DNA of 64,000 nt from the NCBI GenBank assembly GCA_964446735.1, contig CAYUQB010000001.1:444460-508459 (forward strand). Reading direction: 5' to 3'. The translations under genes were made by a program, and so were the position numbers. This document shows, in pieces, positions 1 through 9,383 of the stretch. Under the pieces are notes generated by a model. That model was not told the DNA's origin, ran no database searches, and worked only from the letters and a program-made list of their open reading frames with translations. The DNA is from an uncultured Candidatus Saccharibacteria bacterium. GTDB taxonomy: Bacteria; Patescibacteriota; Minisyncoccia; Phycocordibacterales; Phycocordibacteraceae. Each line of letters starts with the position of its first letter. The stretch's first letter is position 1.

Positions 1-677
1 CGAAGCGGGAAAAGACCCAAGAAGAGCTGTTTCATCTCTTTAATGCACTCTACGACAACAATAAACAGATCATCTTTTCATCCGATCGGTCACCTGCCTC
101 GATTCCCGATATCGCTGACCGCGTGCGTGGGCGTCTTTCAAGCGGAATGACGGTCGACATCAGTGAGCCAGACCCCGAAAGCCGTATGGCTATTGTGCGT
201 AAAAAGGCCGCAATTCACGGGGTAAATCTCTCAGATGAGGTCGTAGAACACATCGCAACGTCAGTTGCCGGCTCTATCCGAGAGCTTGAGGGAGTTATCA
301 ACTCCATCGTCTGTCATACCCAGGTGAAAGGAACACCTCCCGACCTTGCTGAAGTGCGTCAGTCACTCCGCTCTTTCTCACGCCCAACAAAAACAGTCTC
401 GGTAAAACACGTAGTTTCTAAAGTTGCGGAGTTCTACGGAATCGATGAGGAGAGTATTTACGAGAAGACTCGTAGAAGGGAAGTGGTTCGACCACGTCAG
501 GTCATTATGTATATCTTGCGTGAGGATTTTAGTGTTTCCTATCCCACCATTGGAAACAAGTTGGGAGGGCGTGATCACACAACCGTTATCCACTCCTGTG
601 AGAAGGTGAAGCGTGAGGTGATTGCTGACGCTGATCTCGCTAAAGAAATTCAGGACATCCGTGGGTTGTTAGTATAA
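1..677 (+). CDS. dnaA: Chromosomal replication initiator DnaA, 5'-truncated by the window edge (C-terminal AAA+ and DNA-binding domains)
   Basis: Frame from nt 3 reads ...QEELFHLFNALYDNNKQIIFSSDRSP..IPDIADRVRGRLSSGMTVDISEPD... then ...VIMYILREDFSVSYPTIGNKLGGRDHTTVIHSCEKV (DnaA domain IV helix-turn-helix). dnaN follows immediately. Confidence 0.9.
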   Translation, partial: KREKTQEELFHLFNALYDNNKQIIFSSDRSPASIPDIADRVRGRLSSGMTVDISEPDPESRMAIVRKKAAIHGVNLSDEVVEHIATSVAGSIRELEGVINSIVCHTQVKGTPPDLAEVRQSLRSFSRPTKTVSVKHVVSKVAEFYGIDEESIYEKTRRREVVRPRQVIMYILREDFSVSYPTIGNKLGGRDHTTVIHSCEKVKREVIADADLAKEIQDIRGLLV

Positions 678-790
678 GTGGGGACAACACCTGAATACTC
701 CATGAACAAGACGTTGGCGACTATGGGGAGAACTGAGGAACAGCACCAGACCTATCCCCAGGTCTTCGGAGCGGGTGCACTTCTCCCCAG

Positions 791-799
791 TGTGGAAAA
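791..799. promoter_or_regulatory. DnaA-box-like 9-mer TGTGGAAAA (8/9 to TGTGGATAA) in the dnaA-dnaN spacer
   Basis: Seen directly in the sequence. A second weaker box, TTTTCCACC, is at 867-875. Confidence 0.3.
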
Positions 800-903
800 G
801 GAGTTTTCAACACATTACGAATTGGAGAGGACACAAAATAGTCTTCATCTAAGCTTCATAAAAGGGTTTTCCACCTATCAACAGGCCTAATAATAGTATT
901 CGT

Positions 904-2004
904 ATGGTTATCACTTTAGAAAAAAGAGAATTCGCTAATGCAGTGATGATTGTATCGAAATTCGCAGAACGACGGAGCGCAACACTCCCAGTTCTTTCCG
1001 GAATAGCCATCATTGCAGGAGACGATGGAATAAAACTGCGAGCAACAAATCTTGAGACCGGTATTGATTTGCGTGTGGAAGGGGTGATCAAAGATCCTGG
1101 AGTGATAGCACTCCCCGCAAACGTGTTACGAGAAATAACCTCGTCCTTCGGGGGATCAGGTTCTGTAGTAATCGACTACGCGGGTGAGACAGCGGTCATA
1201 ACCTCTGATAACGGCACAAGCACGCTCAAAACCCTCCCGTATGAGGATTTCCCCATCCTCCCACTTCCCGAGTCGCCACGGGCAAAATTTACGATCCCGG
1301 GCGATGCACTCCGGACACTCATAACGTCTGTGGTTTCTTGTGCGTCGACATCGACGGTGCGACCAGAACTTGCAAGCGTTCTCGTTTCAGCTGAAGGAGG
1401 GGTGGTTAAAGCTGTTGCGACTGATTCGTTTAGGCTTGCTGAGAAAAAACTCTCCCTTTCAGGAAAGATTCCTCCTTTTTCTATGCTGATTCCGGCAAAG
1501 AATGCACTCGATTTACTTTCAGCACTCCCGGAAGGTGATGTAGAAGTGGTGCTTGATGAGCATCAGTGCGCCTGTATGTGGGGAGAAGGGGTGCTGACGA
1601 CCCGATTGGTGGCGAATGCCTATCCTGACTATGCACAGATCATTCCGAAGCAATTTGTCTCCGAGGCAACCGTACTCCGGAAAGACCTGGAAGCAGGACT
1701 CAAGCGGGTTGCAGTGTTCTCGGATGCCTTCCAAAAGGTTCGTCTTGCCTGCTCACCTTCAGATAAAGAGATTCGGCTTGCGGCCCGCAATGCTGACATT
1801 GGTGAATCAAATGAGCATATTCCCGCATCTGCAACGGGAGACGCAATTGAACTTTCGTTCAACCATCGCTATCTCGCCGCACCGCTTTCGCTTATTGCCT
1901 CAGATAGCATCACATTCTCCGCAAGCGGAATCGGCCGTGCGGCCGTGCTTCGTGGTGCAGGTGATGCTTCGTTTCTATACCTCGTAATGCCGATGAATCA
2001 GTAG
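904..2004 (+). CDS. dnaN: DNA polymerase III beta sliding clamp
   Basis: 366 aa in the canonical position after dnaA, with a three-domain clamp-like sequence (MVITLEKREFANAV...LRATNLETGIDL...). Confidence 0.9.
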   Translation: MVITLEKREFANAVMIVSKFAERRSATLPVLSGIAIIAGDDGIKLRATNLETGIDLRVEGVIKDPGVIALPANVLREITSSFGGSGSVVIDYAGETAVITSDNGTSTLKTLPYEDFPILPLPESPRAKFTIPGDALRTLITSVVSCASTSTVRPELASVLVSAEGGVVKAVATDSFRLAEKKLSLSGKIPPFSMLIPAKNALDLLSALPEGDVEVVLDEHQCACMWGEGVLTTRLVANAYPDYAQIIPKQFVSEATVLRKDLEAGLKRVAVFSDAFQKVRLACSPSDKEIRLAARNADIGESNEHIPASATGDAIELSFNHRYLAAPLSLIASDSITFSASGIGRAAVLRGAGDASFLYLVMPMNQ

Positions 2005-2006
2005 TT

Positions 2007-4172
2007 TTAGAGCGTTGGTACACCAAGATCTGGAAGGATCGGTGTTGACTCCATAGTTTGAGGCGTTACCGCACCACCCCACGACTGCAGTGGGTATTCC
2101 CAATACGAGAGCTGGGGGTCATTCCACGGATTGGCGGGTGGAGGTCCTTGAGGATTATCTTTGTCTACCCAGTACAAAATGTCATGTACGCCCGAACTTC
2201 CTGTATACGAACCGCGAAGCGCAGGAGGTGCGGACTCAGGAATACCCGGTGCTTCTGGGAAATAAGAAACAGGATATTTTTTAAGTGCGACATCCATGAA
2301 GGAGCGCCACATTGGCGCAACCACAAACCCGGCTATTTCCTTTACCATCGGCCGGTTGTCGTTGTTACCAGCCCAGACCCCCACCACAATGTCAGGGGAG
2401 AATCCAACCGTCCATACATCACGGTACTCGTTCGTAGTACCGGTCTTTGCGGCGACGTCATACCCCGGAATACTAAGAGGGTTAATTGCCTGGTATTCAG
2501 GGAACCGTGCCTCGTTGTTCGAGAGCATTGATGCCATGGTGTGAGCAACATCAGGACTTATGACCTGCTGTGGATCCTCTTTAAACTCTTCAAGGAGTTG
2601 TCCGCTCGTGTCAGTCACCGACAGGATGCCGGTGGGCGGATTACGCACGCCACCAGTAGCAAACACCCCGTAAGCACTGGTGAGTTCGAGGAGACGCACT
2701 TCAGCGGCACCAAGTGCGAGCGAGAGACCGTATTCTTTCGCCTCCTTGAGTGTGGTGATGCCCATCGCAGTCGCAAGATTAATTACGTTCTGCATTCCCG
2801 CTAGATACATGGTCTTAACTGCAGGAACGTTGATTGACTGGGCGAGCGCAGTCGTGAATGTCATCGGTCCTCTGAATTTATCGTCGTAGTTAGAGGGCGC
2901 GTAGCACGGGTACGTACCATTGTGATTATCCGATGCGGCGCAGGCGGTAGAAAACTGCGTAGGGAGATCGAACACAATTGTTTGTGGGGTGAATCCTTTT
3001 GCGATTGCGGCTGCGTACACAAATGGCTTGAACGCTGAACCTGGCTGACGGAAGGCGAGCGCCGCATTGTAGCTTCCTTGCACAGCCTCGTCGAAGTAGT
3101 CACGTGAGCCGACCATCGAAAGTATTTGGCCTGTTTTAGGATCGATTGCGACCAGTGCTGCGTTGCTGGCGTTGTATTTCTGTTGGTTTGCAATTGCATA
3201 CTCGTACACCGTTGTCTCAGCTGCGTGCTGGAGATCGGTATCGAGAGTTGTCACGACATGAAGGCCTTGATTCACCATGTCAGGACCATACTTCTCTTCA
3301 AGATATTCCTCGATATAAAAGACGAAGTGCGGAGCAATAATTGAACCGTTCTGCTGCGGATTAAAGGCAACCTTTTCTTTCTTTGCCTTGGCGTACTCAT
3401 CATCACTGATATAGCCAAGCGCATTCATGCGTGCGAGTACGAGATCTTTACGGGCATCAAGAAGATTCCGATTTTGTCCGTAGGGAGAGTACCGCGAGGG
3501 TGCTTGGGGAAGGGCAGCGATGTACGCGGCTTCTGCGAGTGACACGTCACGGGCAGATTTGCCAAAGAATGCACGACTTGCAGCCTCAACACCGTACAGG
3601 GTGCCGCCATAGGGAGTGTCATTGAGATAAAAGCCGAGAATCTGGTCCTTGGTGTAGCGTTGTTCGAGCTTGATCGCCAGTATCCATTCGTGGATTTTCC
3701 GGCTTATGCTTTTTTGGCCGGTGAGCAAACTATTCTTCACCACTTGCTGAGTGATGGTGGAACCACCCTGGACGAGTGCACCATGCTTAATATCGACGAT
3801 CAATGATCGGATGATTGCTGTGAAACTGATACCGCCGTGCTGGTAGAAGCCGGAGTCCTCAATTGCGAGTGTTGATTGCTTAATGTAGGGTGAAATGTCC
3901 TCAAGCGGGACCTGGTTACGACGAATATCGCGGTTGAGGTCGTACAGCACCGTTTTTCCGGTACGGTCATAGATCTTAGTCGACTGGGTGACTTTACGGG
4001 TGTCGAACGAGTCGAGACCAGGGGTGGGGGTAAGCGCAATCCACAAGATAGTTACACTCGCCGCAAACATCACGACTCCAAGTGCCATGAACGCGACCCG
4101 CGTGAGAGGGTGCGGGTCGCGCAGATGCTTGCGTATAGTTGCTACGATATCTCCCTTCTTTTTTCGGGACAT
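2007..4172 (-). CDS. Class A penicillin-binding protein (bifunctional transglycosylase/transpeptidase, PBP1A-type)
   Basis: N-terminal TM segment, GT51 motifs (EDSGFYQHGGISFTAIIRS, TITQQVVKN), and the transpeptidase SxxK motif (GSAFKPFVYAAAI). Confidence 0.85.
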   Translation of the reverse strand: MSRKKKGDIVATIRKHLRDPHPLTRVAFMALGVVMFAASVTILWIALTPTPGLDSFDTRKVTQSTKIYDRTGKTVLYDLNRDIRRNQVPLEDISPYIKQSTLAIEDSGFYQHGGISFTAIIRSLIVDIKHGALVQGGSTITQQVVKNSLLTGQKSISRKIHEWILAIKLEQRYTKDQILGFYLNDTPYGGTLYGVEAASRAFFGKSARDVSLAEAAYIAALPQAPSRYSPYGQNRNLLDARKDLVLARMNALGYISDDEYAKAKKEKVAFNPQQNGSIIAPHFVFYIEEYLEEKYGPDMVNQGLHVVTTLDTDLQHAAETTVYEYAIANQQKYNASNAALVAIDPKTGQILSMVGSRDYFDEAVQGSYNAALAFRQPGSAFKPFVYAAAIAKGFTPQTIVFDLPTQFSTACAASDNHNGTYPCYAPSNYDDKFRGPMTFTTALAQSINVPAVKTMYLAGMQNVINLATAMGITTLKEAKEYGLSLALGAAEVRLLELTSAYGVFATGGVRNPPTGILSVTDTSGQLLEEFKEDPQQVISPDVAHTMASMLSNNEARFPEYQAINPLSIPGYDVAAKTGTTNEYRDVWTVGFSPDIVVGVWAGNNDNRPMVKEIAGFVVAPMWRSFMDVALKKYPVSYFPEAPGIPESAPPALRGSYTGSSGVHDILYWVDKDNPQGPPPANPWNDPQLSYWEYPLQSWGGAVTPQTMESTPILPDLGVPTL

Positions 4173-4182
4173 GCGGGCATGC

Positions 4183-4210
4183 TAGCACGAAAACGGCCCC
4201 GAAGGGCCGT
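4183..4210 (-). terminator. Stem-loop aaacggccc-cgaa-gggccgttt, directly downstream of the small acidic ORF
   Basis: Perfect 9-bp stem seen in the sequence. The flanking T-tract is weak. Confidence 0.4.
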
Positions 4211-4214
4211 TTCG

Positions 4215-4343
4215 TTAGATCGGTTCCTCCTCGTCAGAGGAGAACGAATCGTCTTCTTCGTCGAGCTCATCGTCTTCAAGGTCCTCTGCGGCCTCGTCCT
4301 CGTCAAGCTCTGAACCGAAATTTCGGATCTCGTCATCTTGCAT
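4215..4343 (-). CDS. Small highly acidic ORF (42 aa; MQDDEIRNFGSELDEDEAAEDLEDDELDEEDDSFSSDEEEPI); coding status uncertain
   Basis: ATG-to-TAA ORF between ruvC and the PBP gene, followed at once by a strong hairpin. It falls below the 60 aa cutoff of the ORF track. Confidence 0.25.
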   Translation of the reverse strand: MQDDEIRNFGSELDEDEAAEDLEDDELDEEDDSFSSDEEEPI

Positions 4344-4413
4344 GGTGAAATGCGGATTACGTTACTGGTGCCCCTCTATTTGAACAAAATCGAATCCGTT
4401 TGCAAGTTGTGGA

Positions 4414-4887
4414 TCACGGCCGTGTGGACAAGCCCGCAATAGCAATAGCAATGGCGTCGAGTTCGTCATCGAGGCGCTTTTTTGCTGGAAGTGCAATGAG
4501 GTGGGGAAGCATACGGGCTAGCGCCGCTTTATCTGCACTCCCATGTCCGGTTACGGCAAGTTTTACTTGGGCAGGAGTGATCTCAAGCACCGGGAGTTCA
4601 AAAGCACCGATAGCTGCAAGCGCGACTCCTCGAGCTTCTGCTACCGACAAGGCAGTCTTTTTGTTGGTACTGAAATAGAGAGTCTCGAGTGCAATGATCG
4701 AAGGGTGGTATGTGTCGATGGCGGTGGTAATAGCGGCGTATACAGCCGCAAGCCGCAAGGAAGATGCTCCTTTTGCGGGAGTAATGCAGTCACTCCACAG
4801 GTGGGTGGGATGACTTGGATCACCCTCTATAACCGCAAGCCCAAGACGATCAAAGCCAGGATCGATTCCCAAGACCCGTCTACTCAT
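4414..4887 (-). CDS. ruvC: Holliday junction resolvase RuvC
   Basis: VLGIDPGFDRLGLAV...ALETLYF...LDAIAIAIAG. Start placed at MSRRVLGIDPG; the upstream in-frame Met alternatives overlap yebC. Confidence 0.85.
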   Translation of the reverse strand: MSRRVLGIDPGFDRLGLAVIEGDPSHPTHLWSDCITPAKGASSLRLAAVYAAITTAIDTYHPSIIALETLYFSTNKKTALSVAEARGVALAAIGAFELPVLEITPAQVKLAVTGHGSADKAALARMLPHLIALPAKKRLDDELDAIAIAIAGLSTRP

Positions 4888-5440
4888 CGCTGGTGCTTTC
4901 ATACCCACGAGCATTCGTGGCAACCGCCTGAACATCGTCCTGTTCGTCGAGGAATGTTAAAAGAAGTGTGAGCTTCTCTTCCTCGGCACCGCTGATGTCC
5001 ATGAGCGGTTCGTTAGGTGTGTGACGGCCGTCAGGGGATTTAGTGAACGCCCATGCGGCACTTCCTGGTGTGCCGAGCTCGTATCCATTTTTAGTAAGGA
5101 TGAGTTTAATTTCTTGTGTAGTGCGATTGCGACTATCGGTGAGGGCAGTGACTACGATAGCAATGCCGCCAGGACCATAAAGCTCATACACCACCTGTTC
5201 GAGATCTCCTGCCTCCTTACTGATGCCTTTAGCAACCGCACGATCAATATTATCTTTGGGCATGTTAGCGGCCTTTGCGCGCGCAATGATTGCCGCAAGA
5301 GTGGGGGAAGAAGTATTACCAGCAGTTTTCTTTGATTCCAGGGTTATTTCACGGGCGAATTTAGAGAAAGTGCGTCCCTTAGCAGCATCAGTCACTGCTT
5401 TTTGTCGTTTTATTTGGGCCCATTTGCTGTGGCCAGCCAT
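4880..5440 (-). CDS. yebC: YebC/PmpR family DNA-binding regulatory protein (short form)
   Basis: MAGHSKWAQIKRQKAVTDAAKGRTFSKFAREI... is the YebC N-terminal signature. It sits in the classic ruvC-yebC arrangement. Confidence 0.85.
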   Translation of the reverse strand: MAGHSKWAQIKRQKAVTDAAKGRTFSKFAREITLESKKTAGNTSSPTLAAIIARAKAANMPKDNIDRAVAKGISKEAGDLEQVVYELYGPGGIAIVVTALTDSRNRTTQEIKLILTKNGYELGTPGSAAWAFTKSPDGRHTPNEPLMDISGAEEEKLTLLLTFLDEQDDVQAVATNARGYESTSDE

Positions 5441-5443
5441 ACA

Positions 5444-6427
5444 CTAGGACTGTAGCAAATATCTTTTTCCCGTGTCAGTCAGTACACGCCCACGCGAGGA
5501 ACGCTCAATAAATCCAAGCCGAAGGAGATAGGGTTCGTATACGTTCTCAATAGTGTCAGGATCTTCATGCATCGCACTTGCAAGTGCTCGTACCCCAGCA
5601 GGTCCACCCTTGAATCCCGTTCGAAGGGTTTCTAGGTATCGTTGGTCGTCCTTTGTAAGACCAAGAGCATCAATACCAAAAAGCTGGCACGCTTCGTCGC
5701 ACACCGTGGGGGAAAGGTCTCGCTCGTGGACCTCAGCGTAGTCGCGTACCCGTTTCAAAAGCGCGTTGGCAACACGAGGGGTAGCACGACTGCGGCCAGC
5801 AATCCGTTCCACTACCGCAGCATCAGCTTCAACCCCAAGCTTATTCGCTGACCGAGAAATGATGGAGCGGAGGTCTTCGTCAGTGTAGAAATCTAGCTGG
5901 TATACACCGCCACCGAATCGACTACGCAAGGGACCTGAAAGTTGTGCGACGCGAGTCGTAGCACCGACGAGCATGAACGGAGGAAGTGCGAGCTCCACGG
6001 TGCGCGCAGATGGCCCCTTACCAAGCACGATATCAAGAGAGCCAGACTCAAGCGCGGGGTATAGCAACTCCTCAATCTTTCGTGAAAGTTGATGAATCTC
6101 GTCAATGAAGAGTACGGTGCCAGGTTCGAGGTTAGTGAGAATTGCGGCGAGATCGCCCGCACGTTCAATAGCGACCCCGGATGTGGTCTTAAGTGGGGCA
6201 TCGAGAGTAATTGCAATGAGATGCGCCAGCGTGGTCTTTCCAACTCCGGGTGGGCCATACAAAAGGACATGTTCAGGCATGTCACCGCGTCTCTTTGCGG
6301 CCTCAAGGAGCACTTTAATGTTGGCTTTTACATGCCCCTGACCCATGTATTCATCCCACAGGGTGGGACGAAGGGCAGAATCGAGCATAGGGTCGCGTAC
6401 TTTGACAGGATCGGGGGTACTTGACAT
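5444..6427 (-). CDS. ruvB: Holliday junction branch-migration helicase RuvB
   Basis: LRPTLWDEYMGQ...LLYGPPGVGKTTLAHLIA (Walker A), then the RuvB C-terminal winged helix. Confidence 0.9.
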   Translation of the reverse strand: MSSTPDPVKVRDPMLDSALRPTLWDEYMGQGHVKANIKVLLEAAKRRGDMPEHVLLYGPPGVGKTTLAHLIAITLDAPLKTTSGVAIERAGDLAAILTNLEPGTVLFIDEIHQLSRKIEELLYPALESGSLDIVLGKGPSARTVELALPPFMLVGATTRVAQLSGPLRSRFGGGVYQLDFYTDEDLRSIISRSANKLGVEADAAVVERIAGRSRATPRVANALLKRVRDYAEVHERDLSPTVCDEACQLFGIDALGLTKDDQRYLETLRTGFKGGPAGVRALASAMHEDPDTIENVYEPYLLRLGFIERSSRGRVLTDTGKRYLLQS

Positions 6428-6646
6428 AAAAACGGACTATGCTACCATTCTAGCACACGAGCTCCTTCAGAAGGGCCCGTTTTCTTTTCATCCCGCATAG
6501 TACCCTCTAGGCAAGGCTTGACGGCTTAGGGCGTCTCCCCAAGGACCACATTGGTACCGCGCTTGTACGCGGCTCGCTGATTGTCTCCTCAGGCGTTTCG
6601 TTCACCTTCCTCACGGAAGGAGTGCCTGGAGGGTAATGTGCAGGAT

Positions 6647-6677
6647 ATGAAATGACCCGCTTCAGCGGGTCATTTCA
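6647..6677 (-). terminator. Perfect inverted repeat atgaaatgacccgc-ttca-gcgggtcatttcat, abutting the stop of the PilB-like gene
   Basis: 14-bp perfect stem seen in the sequence. Confidence 0.5.
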
Positions 6678-8339
6678 TTAATTGCGCGGCAAATCGACAA
6701 CGCGCATCACTTCATCGAGAGAGGTTACCCCCGAAAGTGCCTTCAAGACGCCGTCTTGTGCCATCGTTAGATATCCTTGGCGGGTGACGTGCTTAGCGAT
6801 ATCACCTTCGCTCGGATTGTCGCGCAAGAACGTGCCCAACTCATCATCCATGAAAATGGCTTCGTAGAGGCCAATGCGTCCTTCATAGCCACTCTCATCA
6901 ACAGGCACCCACGTCATATCGAGTGATTGAGGGAGTAGCGTTTGATCGGTGAGTGATGAGAGTGCCTTTTCAGCAAAAGCGCGTTGCGCACCTTCAAGTG
7001 GAACCTGCTTTCTTTTATCGGGATGGAGTCTACGTACCAGGCGCTGTGCCATGGCGACTGATATAGCAGAACTAAATGATTTTGGATCAAGTCCTAAGTC
7101 AACGAGGCGGGGGAACGTACCTGCTGCGTTATTGGTGTGGAGCGTGGTGAATACGAAGTGTCCCGTAAGGGCAGCTTGAAGCGCGGTCTCGGCGACTTCC
7201 GCATCACGAATTTCACCGACCATAATCACGTCCGGATCCTGACGGAGTACTGATCGAAGTCCTGATGCAAATGTGTAGTCCTTGCCGTTTATTTGTGTCT
7301 GAACAATACCGGGGAGGTGGTACTCAATAGGGTCTTCGAGTGTGATGATTTTGATGTCAGGTGTGTGGATGCGTTTCAAAAAGGCATACAACGTGGTGGT
7401 CTTACCCGACCCAGTGGGGCCGGTCGTAAGGAGCATGCCGTTCGGGCGTTTGATTTCAGCTTCAAGTCGCGAAAGAAGCTTCGGGTGAATGCCCAAATCT
7501 TCAAAAGAAACTTGAATTGCTTCGGGATTGAGGATGCGCAGCACCACTGACTCGCCGTATCCTCCCGGAATAAGGGAGGTGCGGATTTCAATGTCACTTC
7601 CGGCAATTCCTACCGAGAATCGACCGTCTTGCGATCGATCCGTCACGTTCAGCTTAAGTCCGGAGAGTAATTTAATACGCGAGACCAGGCCATGATAGGT
7701 GTGTTGATCAAGGGTGTATGCGTCAGTAAGGATTCCGTCCAAGCGAAGACGCAAGCGCACATGTTCTTCCTCTGGCTCGATGTGTACATCAGACGCGCGC
7801 ATGGCAAACGCGGACGCAAGAATCTCTTCCAGTAGCTCCGAAGTTTGTGCACGAGTTCGCTTATTGAGAAGCTCATCCATATGCGCTGCGAAGCTCGGTA
7901 TGTCGGTCAGAGATTGCTTGAGATCGTTGAGGGCATCTGGCGAAAGCGTGAACACACCCGCCTCGCTTCCTGCTGCAAACGAAAGTTCCTCGTATTTCGC
8001 AAATGCTCGCGCCAGGCTTTTGTGCGAGACCATGAAGAGCTCAATGAGATACCCATCGCGTTCGAGTGATTGACGCAGCTCAATAAATTTTGGTGCTTCA
8101 GGAGAACGAACAGCGAGCGAGATTTTTTTACCCACCTTTGCAAACACAATCGCTTCTGCCTCGTGGGCGATAGGTTCAGGAATAATTCGAAGCGAATCTC
8201 CGTCAATGGGAGTAGTCGTGAGATCTACATACGTCGCTCCGTGCTTTTCGGAGAGCAGACGAGCGAGATCTTCTTCCTCGCGTTCACGAATAGCAGCAAG
8301 CTTCGCGTCCTCGGCGTCGGTATCAAAGGGGAGAGACAT
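6678..8339 (-). CDS. pilB: Type II/IV secretion system ATPase (GspE/PilB family), likely type IV pilus assembly ATPase
   Basis: Walker A LTTGPTGSGKTTTLYAFL; GEIRDAEVAETALQAALTGHFVFTTLHTNNAAGTFPRLVDLGL. Start placed at MSLPFDTDAED. Confidence 0.8.
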   Translation of the reverse strand: MSLPFDTDAEDAKLAAIREREEEDLARLLSEKHGATYVDLTTTPIDGDSLRIIPEPIAHEAEAIVFAKVGKKISLAVRSPEAPKFIELRQSLERDGYLIELFMVSHKSLARAFAKYEELSFAAGSEAGVFTLSPDALNDLKQSLTDIPSFAAHMDELLNKRTRAQTSELLEEILASAFAMRASDVHIEPEEEHVRLRLRLDGILTDAYTLDQHTYHGLVSRIKLLSGLKLNVTDRSQDGRFSVGIAGSDIEIRTSLIPGGYGESVVLRILNPEAIQVSFEDLGIHPKLLSRLEAEIKRPNGMLLTTGPTGSGKTTTLYAFLKRIHTPDIKIITLEDPIEYHLPGIVQTQINGKDYTFASGLRSVLRQDPDVIMVGEIRDAEVAETALQAALTGHFVFTTLHTNNAAGTFPRLVDLGLDPKSFSSAISVAMAQRLVRRLHPDKRKQVPLEGAQRAFAEKALSSLTDQTLLPQSLDMTWVPVDESGYEGRIGLYEAIFMDDELGTFLRDNPSEGDIAKHVTRQGYLTMAQDGVLKALSGVTSLDEVMRVVDLPRN

Positions 8340-8381
8340 AGGCGCATCATACCACCGCCTACTTACGGCTCCTTGGAATAC

Positions 8382-8434
8382 TTGACAATACTGGTAAAGT
8401 GTGTGTATAATAAAGGTCGGCAACAACTAGGAGG
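8382..8434 (+). promoter_or_regulatory. Near-consensus sigma70-type promoter (TTGACA-18 nt-TGnTATAAT) plus AGGAGG ribosome-binding site ahead of the GC-rich ORF
   Basis: TTGACA at 8382-8387, gtgtgTATAAT at 8401-8411, AGGAGG at 8429-8434, ATG at 8441. Confidence 0.45.
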
Positions 8435-8440
8435 TCCGCT

Positions 8441-9295
8441 ATGCGGCTCTACAACACGTTGGCTGTTCTTCTGAGTTCAGCCCTCTGCGGTGTCGCACAC
8501 GCGGCTACCGCCCCTGCGGCTCAGGCCGAAACCACGATCGCAGTCGACGCGTCCGTTGGGTGCGATCCCACCGGGATCGCGTTCGACACCAAGGACCTGA
8601 CGAAGGTCTACCCCTGCGGGTCCGAGACGGTCAGGCTCTCCAAGAGCACGACCGGCTACCGGATCTCCAAGGTGCAGACCCAGATCGTGGGCACCGCGCT
8701 CGCGCCGCCCAACATGCTCGCCTTCACGCAGCAGCCGTCGGCCCCGCCGGCGATCGCCGGTCAGGTCCTCCTGGCCGCCTGCAAGAAGACGGTGATGAAG
8801 GATTCGAACCGAGCGTCAGCCTGTCCGATGATCGCCAACAACAAGGTGGTCGCCTGGCAGTTCTACAACCGGGCTGGCGTCGCTATTCCCGGCGACGTGA
8901 CTCCGGATCCGCGCGGCACGACGGTGGAGGAGGTCCTCTCCTCAACGTCGCCCGTCGCCCGGCAGCAGGTCGCGAACGTCTCGGTTCCCGGCGGCAAATG
9001 CGCCGACGGGCTCGTCCATCGTCCCACGGCCGAAATGGTCGTGCGGACGTCGGAAGGGACTACCTGCGGCGCGGCCTACGTGAAGCAGCCCTCGATGGTC
9101 GGCCAGGTCCTGGGCGCCTCGGCGCTCATGCTCGTGTCCGGCTACGCCAATCGCATCGCCTACGGCGACGACGGCTACTATCATGGGGGCTACGGCAGCT
9201 ACTACCAGCGGCCATACAACTACAGCTCGGGCTCCTACTTCAACCTGGGCCGGCCCGGCGATCAGCCGTCCTGCGGCGGCTGCCAGCGGTACTAG
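8441..9295 (+). CDS. Hypothetical secreted Cys-rich protein with a Gly/Tyr-rich C-terminus, encoded in a high-GC island
   Basis: Signal peptide MRLYNTLAVLLSSALCGVAHA, about 8 Cys, and a C-terminal GYGSYYQRPYNYSSGSY. Local GC is about 65-70% with very high GC3, against roughly 50% in the neighbouring genes. Confidence 0.6.
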   Translation: MRLYNTLAVLLSSALCGVAHAATAPAAQAETTIAVDASVGCDPTGIAFDTKDLTKVYPCGSETVRLSKSTTGYRISKVQTQIVGTALAPPNMLAFTQQPSAPPAIAGQVLLAACKKTVMKDSNRASACPMIANNKVVAWQFYNRAGVAIPGDVTPDPRGTTVEEVLSSTSPVARQQVANVSVPGGKCADGLVHRPTAEMVVRTSEGTTCGAAYVKQPSMVGQVLGASALMLVSGYANRIAYGDDGYYHGGYGSYYQRPYNYSSGSYFNLGRPGDQPSCGGCQRY

Positions 9296-9317
9296 TAGCT
9301 GCTGGCTGAACTCAGTG

Positions 9318-9354
9318 AAGCGCTCGTCTTTCGGGACGGGCGCTTTCTGTTTTC
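9318..9354 (+). terminator. Rho-independent terminator after the GC-rich ORF (aagcgctcgtc-tttcgg-gacgggcgctt plus ctgttttc)
   Basis: Stem-loop followed by a T-tract, seen in the sequence. Confidence 0.45.
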
Positions 9355-9383
9355 ATGGGTACAATAAAAGCGTGGAAAAACAG

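Noticed and set aside
4400-4435. DnaA-box-like TGTGGATCA / TGTGGACAA near the ruvC 3' end (also 62126)
   Set aside because: One-mismatch boxes are expected about a dozen times by chance in this window. No clustering.
8560-9309. 249 aa Arg/Pro/Gly-rich ORF in an alternative frame of the GC-rich island
   Set aside because: Typical out-of-frame artefact of high-GC coding DNA. The frame starting at 8441 has a signal peptide, a promoter and an RBS and is the real gene.
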